Shown: positions 12,378-24,296 of the stretch, in pieces | Numbering within the stretch: the stretch's first letter is position 1 | Layout: each line of letters opens with the position of its first letter | Assembly: GCA_040437565.1 (NCBI GenBank) | Contig: JBDOQK010000028.1 | Location: 124,001 to 188,000 of the forward strand | DNA from: Albugo candida | Lineage: Eukaryota | Reading direction: 5' to 3' | Length of the DNA: 64,000 bases | Made by a program: the position numbers and the translations under genes | Notes under the pieces: generated by a model | Databases searched by the model: none | Seen by the model: the letters and a program-made list of their open reading frames with translations, nothing else | What the model was told of the DNA's origin: nothing

Positions 12378-12842
12378 TCAAATACGGGTTTTCTTGCTTA
12401 TTCTAAATTGAATGCTGAGCCATTTGTCGATTTACTTGAGATCGGATTCGAAGTGGTACTCTTGTAAGGAACATCCACCTTTCACATCATTTCGAACGGC
12501 CGCTATGGATTACCTGATAAGAATCCAGGGCTCCACTCTGAATCGAATGGAGGAAATGTGTCTAAACACTGTTGAAGCTACTTCGAAGTGTCTGTGGTGA
12601 CACTCTAAAAGCCTGAATCGATAGGAGTCCTTCGTCAGAATAGTAAAGAAGGATAGATCAAGGAGCGTCCCACCAATCAGACAAAAAATAGGGTGAAAGT
12701 AGTCTTGCTCATGAGGATTCTAGATTCAAATTAGAGAAAATCACGCGAAATGAAGGCAGAACGGGTACTAATACATGAATCGGCCTTCCCTGCAAGTACA
12801 CCCAGTCATAATAACGACTATGCAGAGTTGGCATAAAAGCTT

Positions 12843-14345
12843 TTAGTAAAGATATGGCCGTAGTCGATCCATTCGTACTTCGTCTTGGCACAGACTGTGC
12901 TCCAGAGCTTGCATCGCATTAAGAAAAAAAGTACGATCGTCTAGGAATCTGGCTCTTGCTTGTTGCCCCATGCATTGTCTCTCGTCGATGCTCATTGCTA
13001 AAATTTTAGCAACACCCGCTTCGATATCGGCAATGTTGACAATGGCCACTGGCATAAATAAATCACCTTTACTCTGCCACCACCATTTGGACGGTCTTCC
13101 AACCAGAATTCCACTTTGTCCATCGACCAATTCATTCATTGGAGCGACATCTGAAGTAAGAACCAATGCGCCAACACTACGCGCCTCATTGATGTAATGA
13201 CCAAAACCTTCGGTTGCGCTAGGGCACAAATGAATTCCAATACGGTTCTGAAGCTCCAACTTGGCATCTTTGGATTCTATTCCGCATATGAAATCTACAT
13301 TCTCAAGCCTCCATGTCGTCCTAGTGCCAAAATGTTTTGCTATCCACTTGCACAGAGAAGTGTTCACCACGCGGACGACAAGAAGTGGCCATTCTGGATG
13401 GAGGGCCCAGGCCTTCAGGATCGCTTTTGTGTTTTTAAATGGGCTCGATCCCGCCAAATGGAGAAAGGAATTCCAGTCTCTGTTGTATTGCGGACTATAC
13501 AAATCTTCACTTGTATGTTTTGTGTAAAATACAGTGAAGCCCAATCGATGCCGCTGGCGGTATTCCACAACTTTCTTTAGTCCAATTTGATTTTTCACAA
13601 GAATCACACCAACCGTAGGATAATGTAATTCATGCCGATCGAAGAATTCAACATTGACCATCATCCAGATAACTTTTTCTGGCTGATACTGAAAGTTGGA
13701 GTAATACTTTCGATCTGAGGGATGTCGTTCGAGAAACACATCGATTACAGAACGCGGCATGCTAACGTGGTTGCCTGGAAGATGGATAGGGCGACTCGAA
13801 GGAAGGTACTTTGCGTAGAGTTCAAAATCTAGCAGAATTCCCAAAGAATTGGATGGGGCGACCAGATTGATACAATACATAGCATCCGAATCCAAAGCAT
13901 CATTTCCTTGTCCAGCTTCCTGCGAGATAATGCCGTCCATTGAATACGTATCGAGAGGTTGATTTTTAGACGCGAAGACCACGTCTTTTTCGTTTTTTAA
14001 AGTTTTGGTTGTGAAGTAGAGCGATTGATAGAATAAGCGCATCGGAACATGCAATTCTTCACTAGTCTCACTTAAAAGAGTTTTGGAAGCAATCGATGCG
14101 TTGCAATGATCGATGTGAAGATGGACATCTGGAACTAACGTNNNNNNNNNNNNNNNNNNNNNNNNNNNNNNNNNNNNNNNNNNNNNNNNNNNNNNNNNNN
14201 NNNNNNNNNNNNNNNNNNNNNNNNNNNNNNNNNNNNNNNNNAAGAAGAGTACTTGAATGATACATGATATCAACAACAGCAGCAAGATGCAGCAGCGGAC
14301 AATGAAAGCAGTAAACTTCATTCCATCAATGCGAGCTTTAGTCAT
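12843..14345 (-). CDS. Type II membrane GT-B fold glycosyltransferase (GT4 / Glycos_transf_1-like); interrupted by a gap
   Basis: N-terminal TM anchor (FIVRCCILLLLLISCIIQVLF). C-terminal signature HLCPSATEGFGHYINEARSVGALVLTSDVAPMNELV (E-x7-E) and MGQQARARF. The gap 14142-14241 leaves the frame join unverified. Confidence 0.8.
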   Translation of the reverse strand: MTKARIDGMKFTAFIVRCCILLLLLISCIIQVLFXXXXXXXXXXXXXXXXXXXXXXXXXXXXXXXXXXTLVPDVHLHIDHCNASIASKTLLSETSEELHVPMRLFYQSLYFTTKTLKNEKDVVFASKNQPLDTYSMDGIISQEAGQGNDALDSDAMYCINLVAPSNSLGILLDFELYAKYLPSSRPIHLPGNHVSMPRSVIDVFLERHPSDRKYYSNFQYQPEKVIWMMVNVEFFDRHELHYPTVGVILVKNQIGLKKVVEYRQRHRLGFTVFYTKHTSEDLYSPQYNRDWNSFLHLAGSSPFKNTKAILKAWALHPEWPLLVVRVVNTSLCKWIAKHFGTRTTWRLENVDFICGIESKDAKLELQNRIGIHLCPSATEGFGHYINEARSVGALVLTSDVAPMNELVDGQSGILVGRPSKWWWQSKGDLFMPVAIVNIADIEAGVAKILAMSIDERQCMGQQARARFLDDRTFFLNAMQALEHSLCQDEVRMDRLRPYLY

Positions 14346-17300
14346 TTTCTGATCGATTAAATAGATTGTGAAATCCTAACAGATGTAACAGGCTGTAACA
14401 GCATGTCGCTGATACTTTGCATAGTTGACCCGAAAATTATAACAGAAAAGATACAGGATGTTGCTGTAGCGTCTATGCTGAGAGAACGGAGATATTGTGT
14501 CAATTTCTCCCTGCCCACAAGCTATAGAAATACGATGTGGATGATTGCGATCATTTATTCGATTTCTTTGCTCACATCAAAATGTATAGCTATAATTTGG
14601 ACTTCGTTGTAGGAAGTAGTGGATGCAACTATAATGTTACCGATGGTGAGGCACGGATAATTATGTGAAAGTCACTTCGGCCACGGTATTACGTTATAGT
14701 GAACCGCATCTTTGTAGTTCTTACTCGAGTCGAGTAAATTTATGGAGGGCGACGTCCAGCCTATCAATACGACTCTTTCTGAAGTTGTTCGAACCCGGTC
14801 GAATATGTTCTCCTATACAATAGCTGATGTCGAAATATGCGGCCATATACCAGCATGCATGATCAAATCGAACGAGTAATTGACTCCGTGTGCCTACTTG
14901 CCCGTCGGTAGAAGTTGCTTGTGGCCATCTCGAGCTGTGCATAACGTTTTAATTTATAAATGCCCATTTGGCCTTCATTGCTGGACTTTTGTGCGATGCA
15001 ATTGAGATTAATACAAAGTGCACTTGAATAGATCAGTATCAGCCGCCAATTCGCAGATTCTGAATTTATTGGCTGTTCTTCAAGTTACGACAGGATCTCC
15101 TGTAAACAATGCGGTTCTCAAATCATTCGACTGACACCATCCGCAAACTTTTTTACCAAATGTGACCCGAAGCCACTGTATCAAATCAGTGAAATTGCCT
15201 CACGTTCCCTATTCTATCACTATATTCTATCACTTCTTTAAATTTTTGAATCGCTCGTATCTCTTCCATTTTCTCATATAAGCTTGAAAAGTTTGTGCTC
15301 ATGAGTCACGAGTACTCCTCTTCAATGATTTGACTCTTTAGATCTTTGTAGCAACAAAATAATATCATCATTCGAATTATATAAACATTAGGTCGAAACA
15401 CCTTCCTACGATGTGATGTGCTAAATCTTGCTCCAGCATAAGATATTTGCCGGATAAAAAATGCATGATTTGCTTGCTTCAGATAATGTAGAAAAGATGT
15501 GCCTCCATTCTGTGTATATACTTTTCGACTCGATTGCCGCTTCCCACGTGCTGGAGTTTGTAGTAGGAAATTTGCAAGCTTCCTTTGGTCGACTTGTAAA
15601 GCGGTTGGGGCGCTCAAACTTTTATTAATTGATGAATGCTTGCGTTCACAAAGCCTTTATTTGTATCTGCCTCCAGCCAATACGAGATATGGATACAAAG
15701 CAGGAAAAAAGAGCTGCGTATATTTTTCGTACATTCGTGCTGGTAACACGAATAACGTCAAGTACTTTCAATTGAGGTGTTTCATTTATGACGTGTGTTT
15801 GATGGGGTGAAAGTGCCTGTCCATTTATGTCATCGAACACTTGGATAGATAGAATCTATGCGGTCTGTTTTTGCTTCAGCTAGTCTGATATATCGCGCAC
15901 AATTGGCTCAAGTATAAAAGTGTGTGATAAAGATCTAGGGTATGACGCATCGTCGAGCCATTTCGATAAATCTGCAATTATCCTGGCACGAAGGTGCCGA
16001 ACGATTGTATCACGACATCACGAGATAAACTCAACTACTTGGACATCGAGCGAGATATCTTCTGGCTTTGGTAGCCAGGCACGTTGTTTATTTGTAGAAT
16101 GGAACCGCTCCTCACTTGAGCCCTCGACCAGCATAATTTGCTGATCACAGTCGTGTAAAAGATATTATTTATATCCAGTACCAGATTGTGGAACGGGCAA
16201 TACTGTCGTGAGTTTTGGGGTCGTACAAGTTCTAAAAGTCGAGGCTGAGCAGCATACAGGACACACTATCTCGCAATCGAGCGATTCAGGAAGATATTCC
16301 CCATGAACCTTACTCGAAGAGAGGACTTTGCTGGAATGAGGTCTGAGCATGTTTGCTTATATAACTCAAAATGGCATACTTATCCATGCACAGACTAGCT
16401 GACTGCGTGACGCGTATATATAGTCTCGCTGTATCATAAGATACTCGAAAGACAGGAAAACAACATCTTTAACTGGATCGTGGCTCGATACATCTATACT
16501 CAAATTCTCAATCTCAAATAATGGGGTTCTCGAAGCAATTGACTTGTCATTTGTCTGAAGTGATCGTTTTATGCCCAAATGCACGCTCTTGCCACAGTGT
16601 TTAAGGTTATCACATTGCTATCAAAGTCAGGGTTTCGGCCTTCAAATATATAAAGCGTGTACGTTGACCTAGCGTCTAATGGGAATATAGCATCAAATTG
16701 ATTAATTAGATTGATTGATTGATGGACGCAACAATTCCGAAGTGAAAACGACAGCGAGAAATTTTAGCACGCGTATGTCGCAATCCATAGACGCCCAAGT
16801 GTACGACGTCAGTGAATAACCACACAATAGAATTGTGCTCCGCCATTCGGAGGCGACAGCGCTGGCAGCACCTACTCATCCTTCAGAACCACCTGAGTTC
16901 CAAGCAATCCAAATTTTTGACAGTCATTCTCTGTCATCTGTACGGAGCACCAGCAACGGATCTGCTTGGAATCATGCTAATTCTCTAAAAAGGATATCAT
17001 GGACGATGTACTTCCGTGCCAACACGTAAATGAGAACAAGCTGTTGCAATTGGATGACAGTCTCTGACGACAATTGTTTTTTTTTGTATTGGCTGACGTC
17101 ATCTAAGATAGTAAAGACACCACAGAGCGACTAATATATGCTCAGTAGAATGATCCTCCTGGCGAATGCCGCATTTGATGAAATGCTTCTTCTCCGTTCG
17201 TTTCCATTATTTAGAAGCTGTGAAAGTGATCTTCTTCGAAACGCTGCAAAAGCAAATACAATTGACGCTTCTCTTATTCTTTTATCGTTGGGCCAGTACG

Positions 17301-20127
17301 AGCATGGAAAAATGAACGAAAATGACTCGAGAAGCGTTAGCCGATGACTAAGAAGGTATTTCCGTGTTCCTATCTGCCGTCGCATACATTCGGGGGAATC
17401 ATTACGATACATGATGAAGGATACTATCAGACTTTCTATGGTATGGAAAACTGGAGATTCCTGTCGTATGTATGGGGATATATGCAGACTCCGTGGATCA
17501 CATCGTGAGGCTGCGAAAACGTTTGATTGCTTGAATGTTGCCTTGCGTACGCATTGTTTTATGCTAAATGCTATTTTCCGCACACTTGACCTCAGACTCG
17601 TACCACTAAGCGTCCAGGGTTTAGACTGCTTAGAAGATGTCTGGCCATCAGCGCTCAATTATTAGCACAAGTCATTGTAAGCTTGTAGAAATTATTTATC
17701 CGACCGAAAAAGCATAAGCTCAACCATATTCCCGTATAAGGCATCGCCGTCGATACAATGTGCCCATATCTTTCAGTTCCATCACGGGTGCTCGAATAAA
17801 AAAACAGACTGTGCAGCTCGATAATATCGCTTCGCTCTTAATCCAACAGAAGGAACGAAAGTGCAGCCGAGAAGCTGCAAGAACTTATCGCTTTCTATGA
17901 TTTTGCATGTGATGAATCATAACGCGTTTACTCGATACTTTTTATCGAGAGCCTCCGGCACAAACGTAGTGTCTTGTGGAATGCTTTGTTTGGATCAAGA
18001 GACTGAGCGGCTTTCATCTTAGTCGCATTGTCCGTAATCAAAATCGCATCGTGAAACAGAAATGTGCATTATCGTGGATGATGTCCCGAGAAATGTACAG
18101 AAAATCGGTTTGAAAATCAATTCCCGCTTTTCATTTCCCGCTTTTCATTTCCCGCTGCTTGTTGTACTCTTCTTTCACGAGACCCACAAGATTGTGATTC
18201 AACAAAATGAGCCGCGATTAATTCAATCGGCTACTTTTTCTTGTCATGTCTTGATCGAGCCAATTGCATTCAATCGCTGATTCATGCTCAGCCAATTCAT
18301 CCTCGAATAAGAACTTCTTAGATGCTCGCGGGGTACCTTGTATTGCATCGTGCTTCGCATCTCATATGCTCTTCTATTCCTCAATCCTTCATACAATGGT
18401 TTGACTGGATTGCTCATTTCTTCATCAATTGCGTCGCTCTAATCAGTGAGATCGGGTCGGCCTGGATACTTCACCAGACGAAGTCACACTAGAACCCTAC
18501 CAATCCTTAGAAACTACAAAATCTGAAAGAACACAAATCATTTTACTCACAGATTTTCTTTTTCTTTTTTTCTATCGTCTATGCACTTTTAAATCCTCTA
18601 TCATCAGATAGTTTTTCACAAAGAGCTTTAAGTAGTAACGCTTACATCACAATCGAATTCCAAAGCTGCTGACATGTTGACGTTTAAGATATCGATATAC
18701 GCTCAAAACCTCCCCTCTTAACACAGTCGAGATACGTTACATCAGTGAGCACCAAAATCGAGCATATAGCTGCTCCTTCAAGCCTTGTGCACGAGAGAAT
18801 CAAAATCAAAAATTGAGCATAGCGCTCTTCTCTAAACACTGATACCATATTGTATACGGTCAACGCCTTGTATCAATACTGCAATATGAATCACTCTCTA
18901 CGTCCGAATTCATTCCCCTCTTTGAAGCCATTCGCCGAAGACACTCACCTGCTCGAAGCCGCTTACTTGACGTGATCCCTGGGTAAAACCATTCGGCTTA
19001 TAGTCTTTGTGGTCAATTTATCATGAGATGGACCCAGAAGGTCATTATCGTCTCCATACAAATGGACCTGCCCATAAGTGAAACTCAAGTCAGATATCGT
19101 GGGTACAGAAGCAGTATCAGGTCTCGTAGATCTTTGTTCACATAATTGAGGCTTTATCCCATCCAATGGCAATCTGACCTTCAATATCAAAACAACTGCT
19201 TCGACACTCATTCGAAGCGTTACGAAAATGACCGACAACGTTTTAGACGTATTGTGCGTTGTGGACGCTTGCAATATTCCGTTCAAAGACTACTGGACAC
19301 TTGATGTTGAAGGTAACTTGTTTTCGGTAAATTTTTCATCTTGTGGATCAATAAGCTATCCCATCAATCTTGTACGTATCCAGTCTGACCCATAAGTTGG
19401 AACATACGCGTTGCTCGAATCTCTCGCTGTTCTTGCCGCTTCCCAGTCGTAGCACCGACCAATCAGTCCCTATTTGAATCACTGCCATTGTGTTTGTCCA
19501 ATGAATCTAGTACACGCCTTAACGTTGGTCTATCCTTAGTAGCTGGTACTTGCAGACAGTGAAAAGTGTGAGATAGATTGAATTACCTTTAATGGATTTA
19601 GCGAATTATTCTATCAATGTGTAGATTCGCGGAGATAACAAGGAACTTCAGCAGAAAATTGCAATGCTAGGTTCCAGGACAGAGTCGTGCGGAAAGAATG
19701 ATAGGTATGTAATTGAGATGGCTCGCCATTTGGTACGAGAATTTGATCATAATTATGAAATAGTCGGATTAGCTGCCACATTGGCGTTAATCGATACTAT
19801 GCGGAATTGTCAGAAAGTCGCAAAATATGCGCTGAAGTCTGGTGTGATGGCTTGTGGCTCCCTATAGCTCATGTAATACCTGTAGCGCATCATTGTCGTA
19901 GTTTTGGTCATTCGGCAAGTGCTCAAAAGAAAAAGTTATCTCAAATACAGCGCACGAACCGAAATTGGTGACCGAGAGAACATTTCACGAAATCTCTTCT
20001 ACCTTCAAGTATAATTGGCACAGCCTGACACGTAGAAGCCATAATAAATCAGCTGGCAAGATTATACCGATGAAAGCCTATACCAAGTGAGCTTGTTCAT
20101 ACGCCGGGCTTTTCTTGTAGATCAACC

Positions 20128-21041
20128 AAAGGTGCGCACGAACGTGGTAGGTATTGGCACTCAGGATGAGAATTGGTAAACTTTCTGGTCAATATTGGAT
20201 GCCTCTGGACTCGAGTCGCATACATTGGTCGTGTTTCGTATCCTTCTTCGGAGCAGTGAGATGCCCAGCATTCTGATCGTTGATAGTATTACGTAATGTA
20301 AACGTCAACAGCTTCGCCACTTCTCACGTGTGAACACCGTCCGAAATACAGAGTTGTTTTACTAAAGCCAATTTTGAATATTTCTTCTTGCTGGTGCCAC
20401 TACAAGCTTTGTGTGGTAATTGCTCCGTTTGTCATCTACTGGAATTGTATTCGTCTCTATTGTCCCAGGTACAATCTTCCATTGCAATGGAAACGGCATA
20501 GCTTGCTTCTTTAATCAATTTCGCGATAATCCAGNNNNNNNNNNNNNNNNNNNNNNNNNNNNNNNNNNNNNNNNNNNNNNNNNNNNNNNNNNNNNNNNNN
20601 NNNNNNNNNNNNNNNNNNNNNNNNNNNNNNNNNNAAAGGTGCGCACGAACGTGGTAGGTATTGGCACTCAGGATGAGAATTGGTAAACTTTCTGGTCAAT
20701 ATTGGATGCCTCTGGACTCGAGTCGCATACATTGGTCGTGTTTCGTATCCTTCTTCGGAGCAGTGAGATGCCCAGCATTCTGATCGTTGATAGTATTACG
20801 TAATGTAAACGTCAACAGCTTCGCCACTTCTCACGTGTGAACACCGTCCGAAATACAGAGTTGTTTTACTAAAGCCAATTTTGAATATTTCTTCTTGCTG
20901 GTGCCACTACAAGCTTTGTGTGGTAATTGCTCCGTTTGTCATCTACTGGAATTGTATTCGTCTCTATTGTCCCAGGTACAATCTTCCATTGCAATGGAAA
21001 CGGCATAGCTTGCTTCTTTAATCAATTTCGCGATAATCCAG
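20128..21041. repeat. 407-bp direct duplication (20128-20534 = 20635-21041) across a 100-N gap
   Basis: Identical sequence at offset 507 abutting the gap 20535-20634. Confidence 0.9.
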
Positions 21042-21651
21042 TACTATAGGTCTGGATGACGTAGAAGACAAGTCGAAGAACCAGCGACTGGATTTTTCGC
21101 TCACAGCATCGTATCAACCTCCCTCAAAATAGCTCTTATGCATATTTAGGTGCACCTTACTCGGTATTCAGTCATCTCTGTGACTGGTAGCGTCTTTGCA
21201 ATGTGTCCTCAAATGACACTGAATCTCACGATATACCAATAAGTGAAAAGCGAGCGGAGTATTACTAAGCTACGCACAAAACTTGTACGTCATACTGAGA
21301 GATACGAGAATCAAGATTGTCAGAATTTCAATGACCGTCGAAAATAAGTAGTAATCACATGATAGCAGACATTTTACCATCCTCAACTATCCTCCGATCG
21401 AGCATTATTATCCCATCCAAAGTGGATGTAAAGTCCAAAGTTGTTTTTCAACAAGCAGCTACAAACTCTAATCTTATCGGACTTTTAACCTAATTACACC
21501 AGTCAAAAAGCAATAATATATACGTCTTACTATCCAATTGGCTGAAATTCTGTTTTTGCTGACGTGGCCAAAGATAATTCGAGTTAGAAACGTCTTTCAC
21601 ACGCTTTTTCATTGTAGCTTTTTCAACTTAATCACTCACTGATATCAAAAC

Positions 21652-23856
21652 ATGATTGGTTTGACTCGGAAATGCCTTTATTTGGCCTTTGGCGTGTCGT
21701 GCGGAATGAAGGTTAAAGCTGCTAATGGTCAAGAGGCCCCCCCTTCCGAGCGAAATTTGGGGCATCGAGTAGAGGATGATACGAATGCATGGCTTGCTAC
21801 ACTTGAGCACATTGCGGATGAATATCGTCAATATCAATCACAATCGTTCGGCTCCTCGTCGCTGTTTGCTTCTCCACAAAGTAAGGAGCAGCTCGAAGCT
21901 ATGGAACATGTGCTAAATGTCATGCAATCGGACGAAACTTCGACGGATACGAAACGTAACGCATTGACGCAACTTGCTCGACGCTACTTTTACGGTCGCA
22001 ATGACACACACGGGCTAGAACCTTCTTCTTCACACAAGATAAACGGAACTTTGTCTCTCCAGCTTTACGCACAAGCAGCAATGATGGGTGACCCCGAAGC
22101 TCAATTTCATGTCGGAGTGGCGTACAGCTACGGCTATTGGGGATATCCTCGAGATGAAGCGAAAGCCTTACTCTATTACTACTTTGCTGCACTGGGTGAG
22201 AATTCTGGCGCGTTGATGGCATTAGGTCACAAACACGCATTTGGGCTTGGCGTTCAGAAGAGCTGCGCTACAGCCGTTCGATATTATGAAATGGCAGCGG
22301 ATCAAGCAATCAGCCTACGAGAAAGTCGCGACATTACACAGCCACGAATGTATGACATTGGTCATAGACGTATCAAGCGAGCTGCGGAAGTACAACATAA
22401 AAAGGCTGTTCCGACCGATGACGCAATGGTCGATTATTTCCATTATGCCGCCGAAAAAGGAGATCCAGATGCTGCTTTGAATACTGCGTATTTGTATTAT
22501 TACGGCATTCGTGCTGTATCACAAGACACTGAAAAAGCCGCCCTATATTTTGAAAAAGCCTACAAGCTCGGTGCCGAAGGTGCTTCGTATCACATGGGGC
22601 ACATCCATGTGCATGGTATCGGCGTACCACAGAACATCGATTTAGGTTTGAAGTATCTCAACGAAGCTGTACAGAATGAAAAACATGCTAGCGCTCAAAA
22701 TGAATTAGGCACGTTGTATCTCGAAGGAAAATATGTTAAACAAGATAGCAGCGAAGCCCTTAAGCTTTTTCGATCCGCAGCCAAACATGGAAATATGGAG
22801 TCAATTTATAATATTGCTGTTTTGAATCTAAATGACCGGCTTATCACATCAGCCACGCTAATAAAAGATGAGATTATCTCGAAAGCAAGAGACCCTAAAT
22901 TTGATACAGCCTTTGGGTATTTACAAGTGGCAGCTCAACAAGGGCATACATTATCCAAGCATAAAATCGGACTGATGAATCTCCATGGAATCGGCACGAA
23001 GAGGTCTTGCACCAAAGCAATGAAATCATTCAAAGATGTTTCAGAGCGCGGTGACTGGGACCGTATAATGTGGCAAGCGCATCGAGATTTCAAAAATCAA
23101 GAGTACGAGGCTTCTTTCATGAAATACGCAGTCATGGCAGAGCAAGGGTACGAGGTCGCTCAGCACAACGCTGCTTATCTGCTCGATTATGGCTATCTAT
23201 CTCCATATGCGTCATCCGAAATGGGATGGCACTGGATAAACGGGATCTTTTACGACTCGACGAAAGCATCGTACGCTGAATCCGCCGTTCGGCTGTACAA
23301 ACTCGCTGCTCTCCAAGACAACATTGACGCTAATCTGAAAATTGGTGACTACTACTATTATGGAAAAGGCGGTCTTCCTTTGAATTATGACAAAGCAGGT
23401 GCCCATTACAGATTGGCTAGCAAACAAGCAAACGCGCAGGCCACATACAATCTCGGCTATATGTACGAACACGGCATTGGTGTTGACCAGGACTTTCATC
23501 TTGCTAAGCGATACTATGATCGAGCGAAAGAGTTTCATCAGGATGCGCGGGTCCCAATCAATCTTGCGCAGTACAAGTTACAACTTCATCAGTTTTGGAG
23601 AGCTGTACTGCGAAAGTGGCGCTCGCTTTTCAATCCTCACGTGCAGTCCACAGAAGCGCCAGATGCTGAAGTTGTCAATTTGCATTTTCAAGATGGGTCG
23701 TGGCAGGAAAGTATCAAGTTGGCTATCTGGACATGTTTGGAGAAGCTCAACGTCTTTTCTATCTCTCAAGATGAGGTTATGATTGGTGCACTCACTGTGG
23801 CACTTGGTGTGATTCTCTATATCCGCCAGGACCGACAAAATCGCTTGTATAACTAG
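21652..23856 (+). CDS. SEL1L: SEL1L/Hrd3 ERAD component (Sel1-like repeats, C-terminal TM), 734 aa
   Basis: Signal-like N-terminus. Many Sel1 repeats (GDPEAQFHVG, MALGHKHAFGLGVQKSC..AVRYY, MAEQGYEVAQHNAAYL, LKIGDYYYYG, QATYNLGYMYEHGIGVDQDFHLAKRYYD). C-terminal TM VMIGALTVALGVILYI. Confidence 0.88.
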   Translation: MIGLTRKCLYLAFGVSCGMKVKAANGQEAPPSERNLGHRVEDDTNAWLATLEHIADEYRQYQSQSFGSSSLFASPQSKEQLEAMEHVLNVMQSDETSTDTKRNALTQLARRYFYGRNDTHGLEPSSSHKINGTLSLQLYAQAAMMGDPEAQFHVGVAYSYGYWGYPRDEAKALLYYYFAALGENSGALMALGHKHAFGLGVQKSCATAVRYYEMAADQAISLRESRDITQPRMYDIGHRRIKRAAEVQHKKAVPTDDAMVDYFHYAAEKGDPDAALNTAYLYYYGIRAVSQDTEKAALYFEKAYKLGAEGASYHMGHIHVHGIGVPQNIDLGLKYLNEAVQNEKHASAQNELGTLYLEGKYVKQDSSEALKLFRSAAKHGNMESIYNIAVLNLNDRLITSATLIKDEIISKARDPKFDTAFGYLQVAAQQGHTLSKHKIGLMNLHGIGTKRSCTKAMKSFKDVSERGDWDRIMWQAHRDFKNQEYEASFMKYAVMAEQGYEVAQHNAAYLLDYGYLSPYASSEMGWHWINGIFYDSTKASYAESAVRLYKLAALQDNIDANLKIGDYYYYGKGGLPLNYDKAGAHYRLASKQANAQATYNLGYMYEHGIGVDQDFHLAKRYYDRAKEFHQDARVPINLAQYKLQLHQFWRAVLRKWRSLFNPHVQSTEAPDAEVVNLHFQDGSWQESIKLAIWTCLEKLNVFSISQDEVMIGALTVALGVILYIRQDRQNRLYN

Positions 23857-24296
23857 GAACATAATTGAGCTCTCAAACATTCTGCATGTACATCGTTCCA
23901 GTCTAATTCCTCGCCACTTAGAAGCCCTTTCCACAAGTACGGCTCACAGTGATTGGTGAGGCGTCTAGACTGCATACATAAGAGCTTTTCGCGCACACTC
24001 ACCTTTCCAGATTTCCTCGCTCCTACTTGTCTACTCGAGCTCGGAATTTATATGAAATCAGAACACTCAAACTCAATGGTCTACCAAGTATCGTACCTCT
24101 TGTACAGCATAAAGGATGCTTTCTCGAGTTCGAATTGTCATATTCTGTATTCAAAGCCTTGCCAATTCGATGATTGTCGAAATGTCTCCAAAGAGTGGGA
24201 GCATTCAGTACAACTATATGCTTCTATCTTATCTGCTCTTTAGTTAGCAAAACAGTATTATTTGGTGCCTACTAGTGAATTTGACGTTGACGTTTG

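Larger units (their letters stand above)
5568..12807. repeat. 3,570-bp direct duplication (5568-9137 = 9238-12807) across a 100-N gap; probable assembly overlap
   Basis: Sequence repeats at offset 3670 and all ORF translations in the two copies are identical. The repeat boundaries sit exactly on the gap 9138-9237. Confidence 0.95.

Noticed and set aside
9238-12807. Apparent tandem gene duplication (BT1 3' end, ArfGAP, secreted protein)
   Set aside because: The copies translate identically and end exactly at an N gap, the same pattern as six other gaps, so an assembly overlap is the best explanation.
18121-18156. 14-bp tandem repeat (ttcccgcttttcat x2.5), and a similar ~13-bp duplication near 15210
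   Set aside because: Short slippage-type duplications with no spacers; not CRISPR-like and no evident function.
17131-19286. ORFs 17131-17658 and 18963-19286 (minus) and overlapping plus-strand ORFs
   Set aside because: Non-ATG or overlapping short ORFs with no recognisable motif; cannot be supported as genes.
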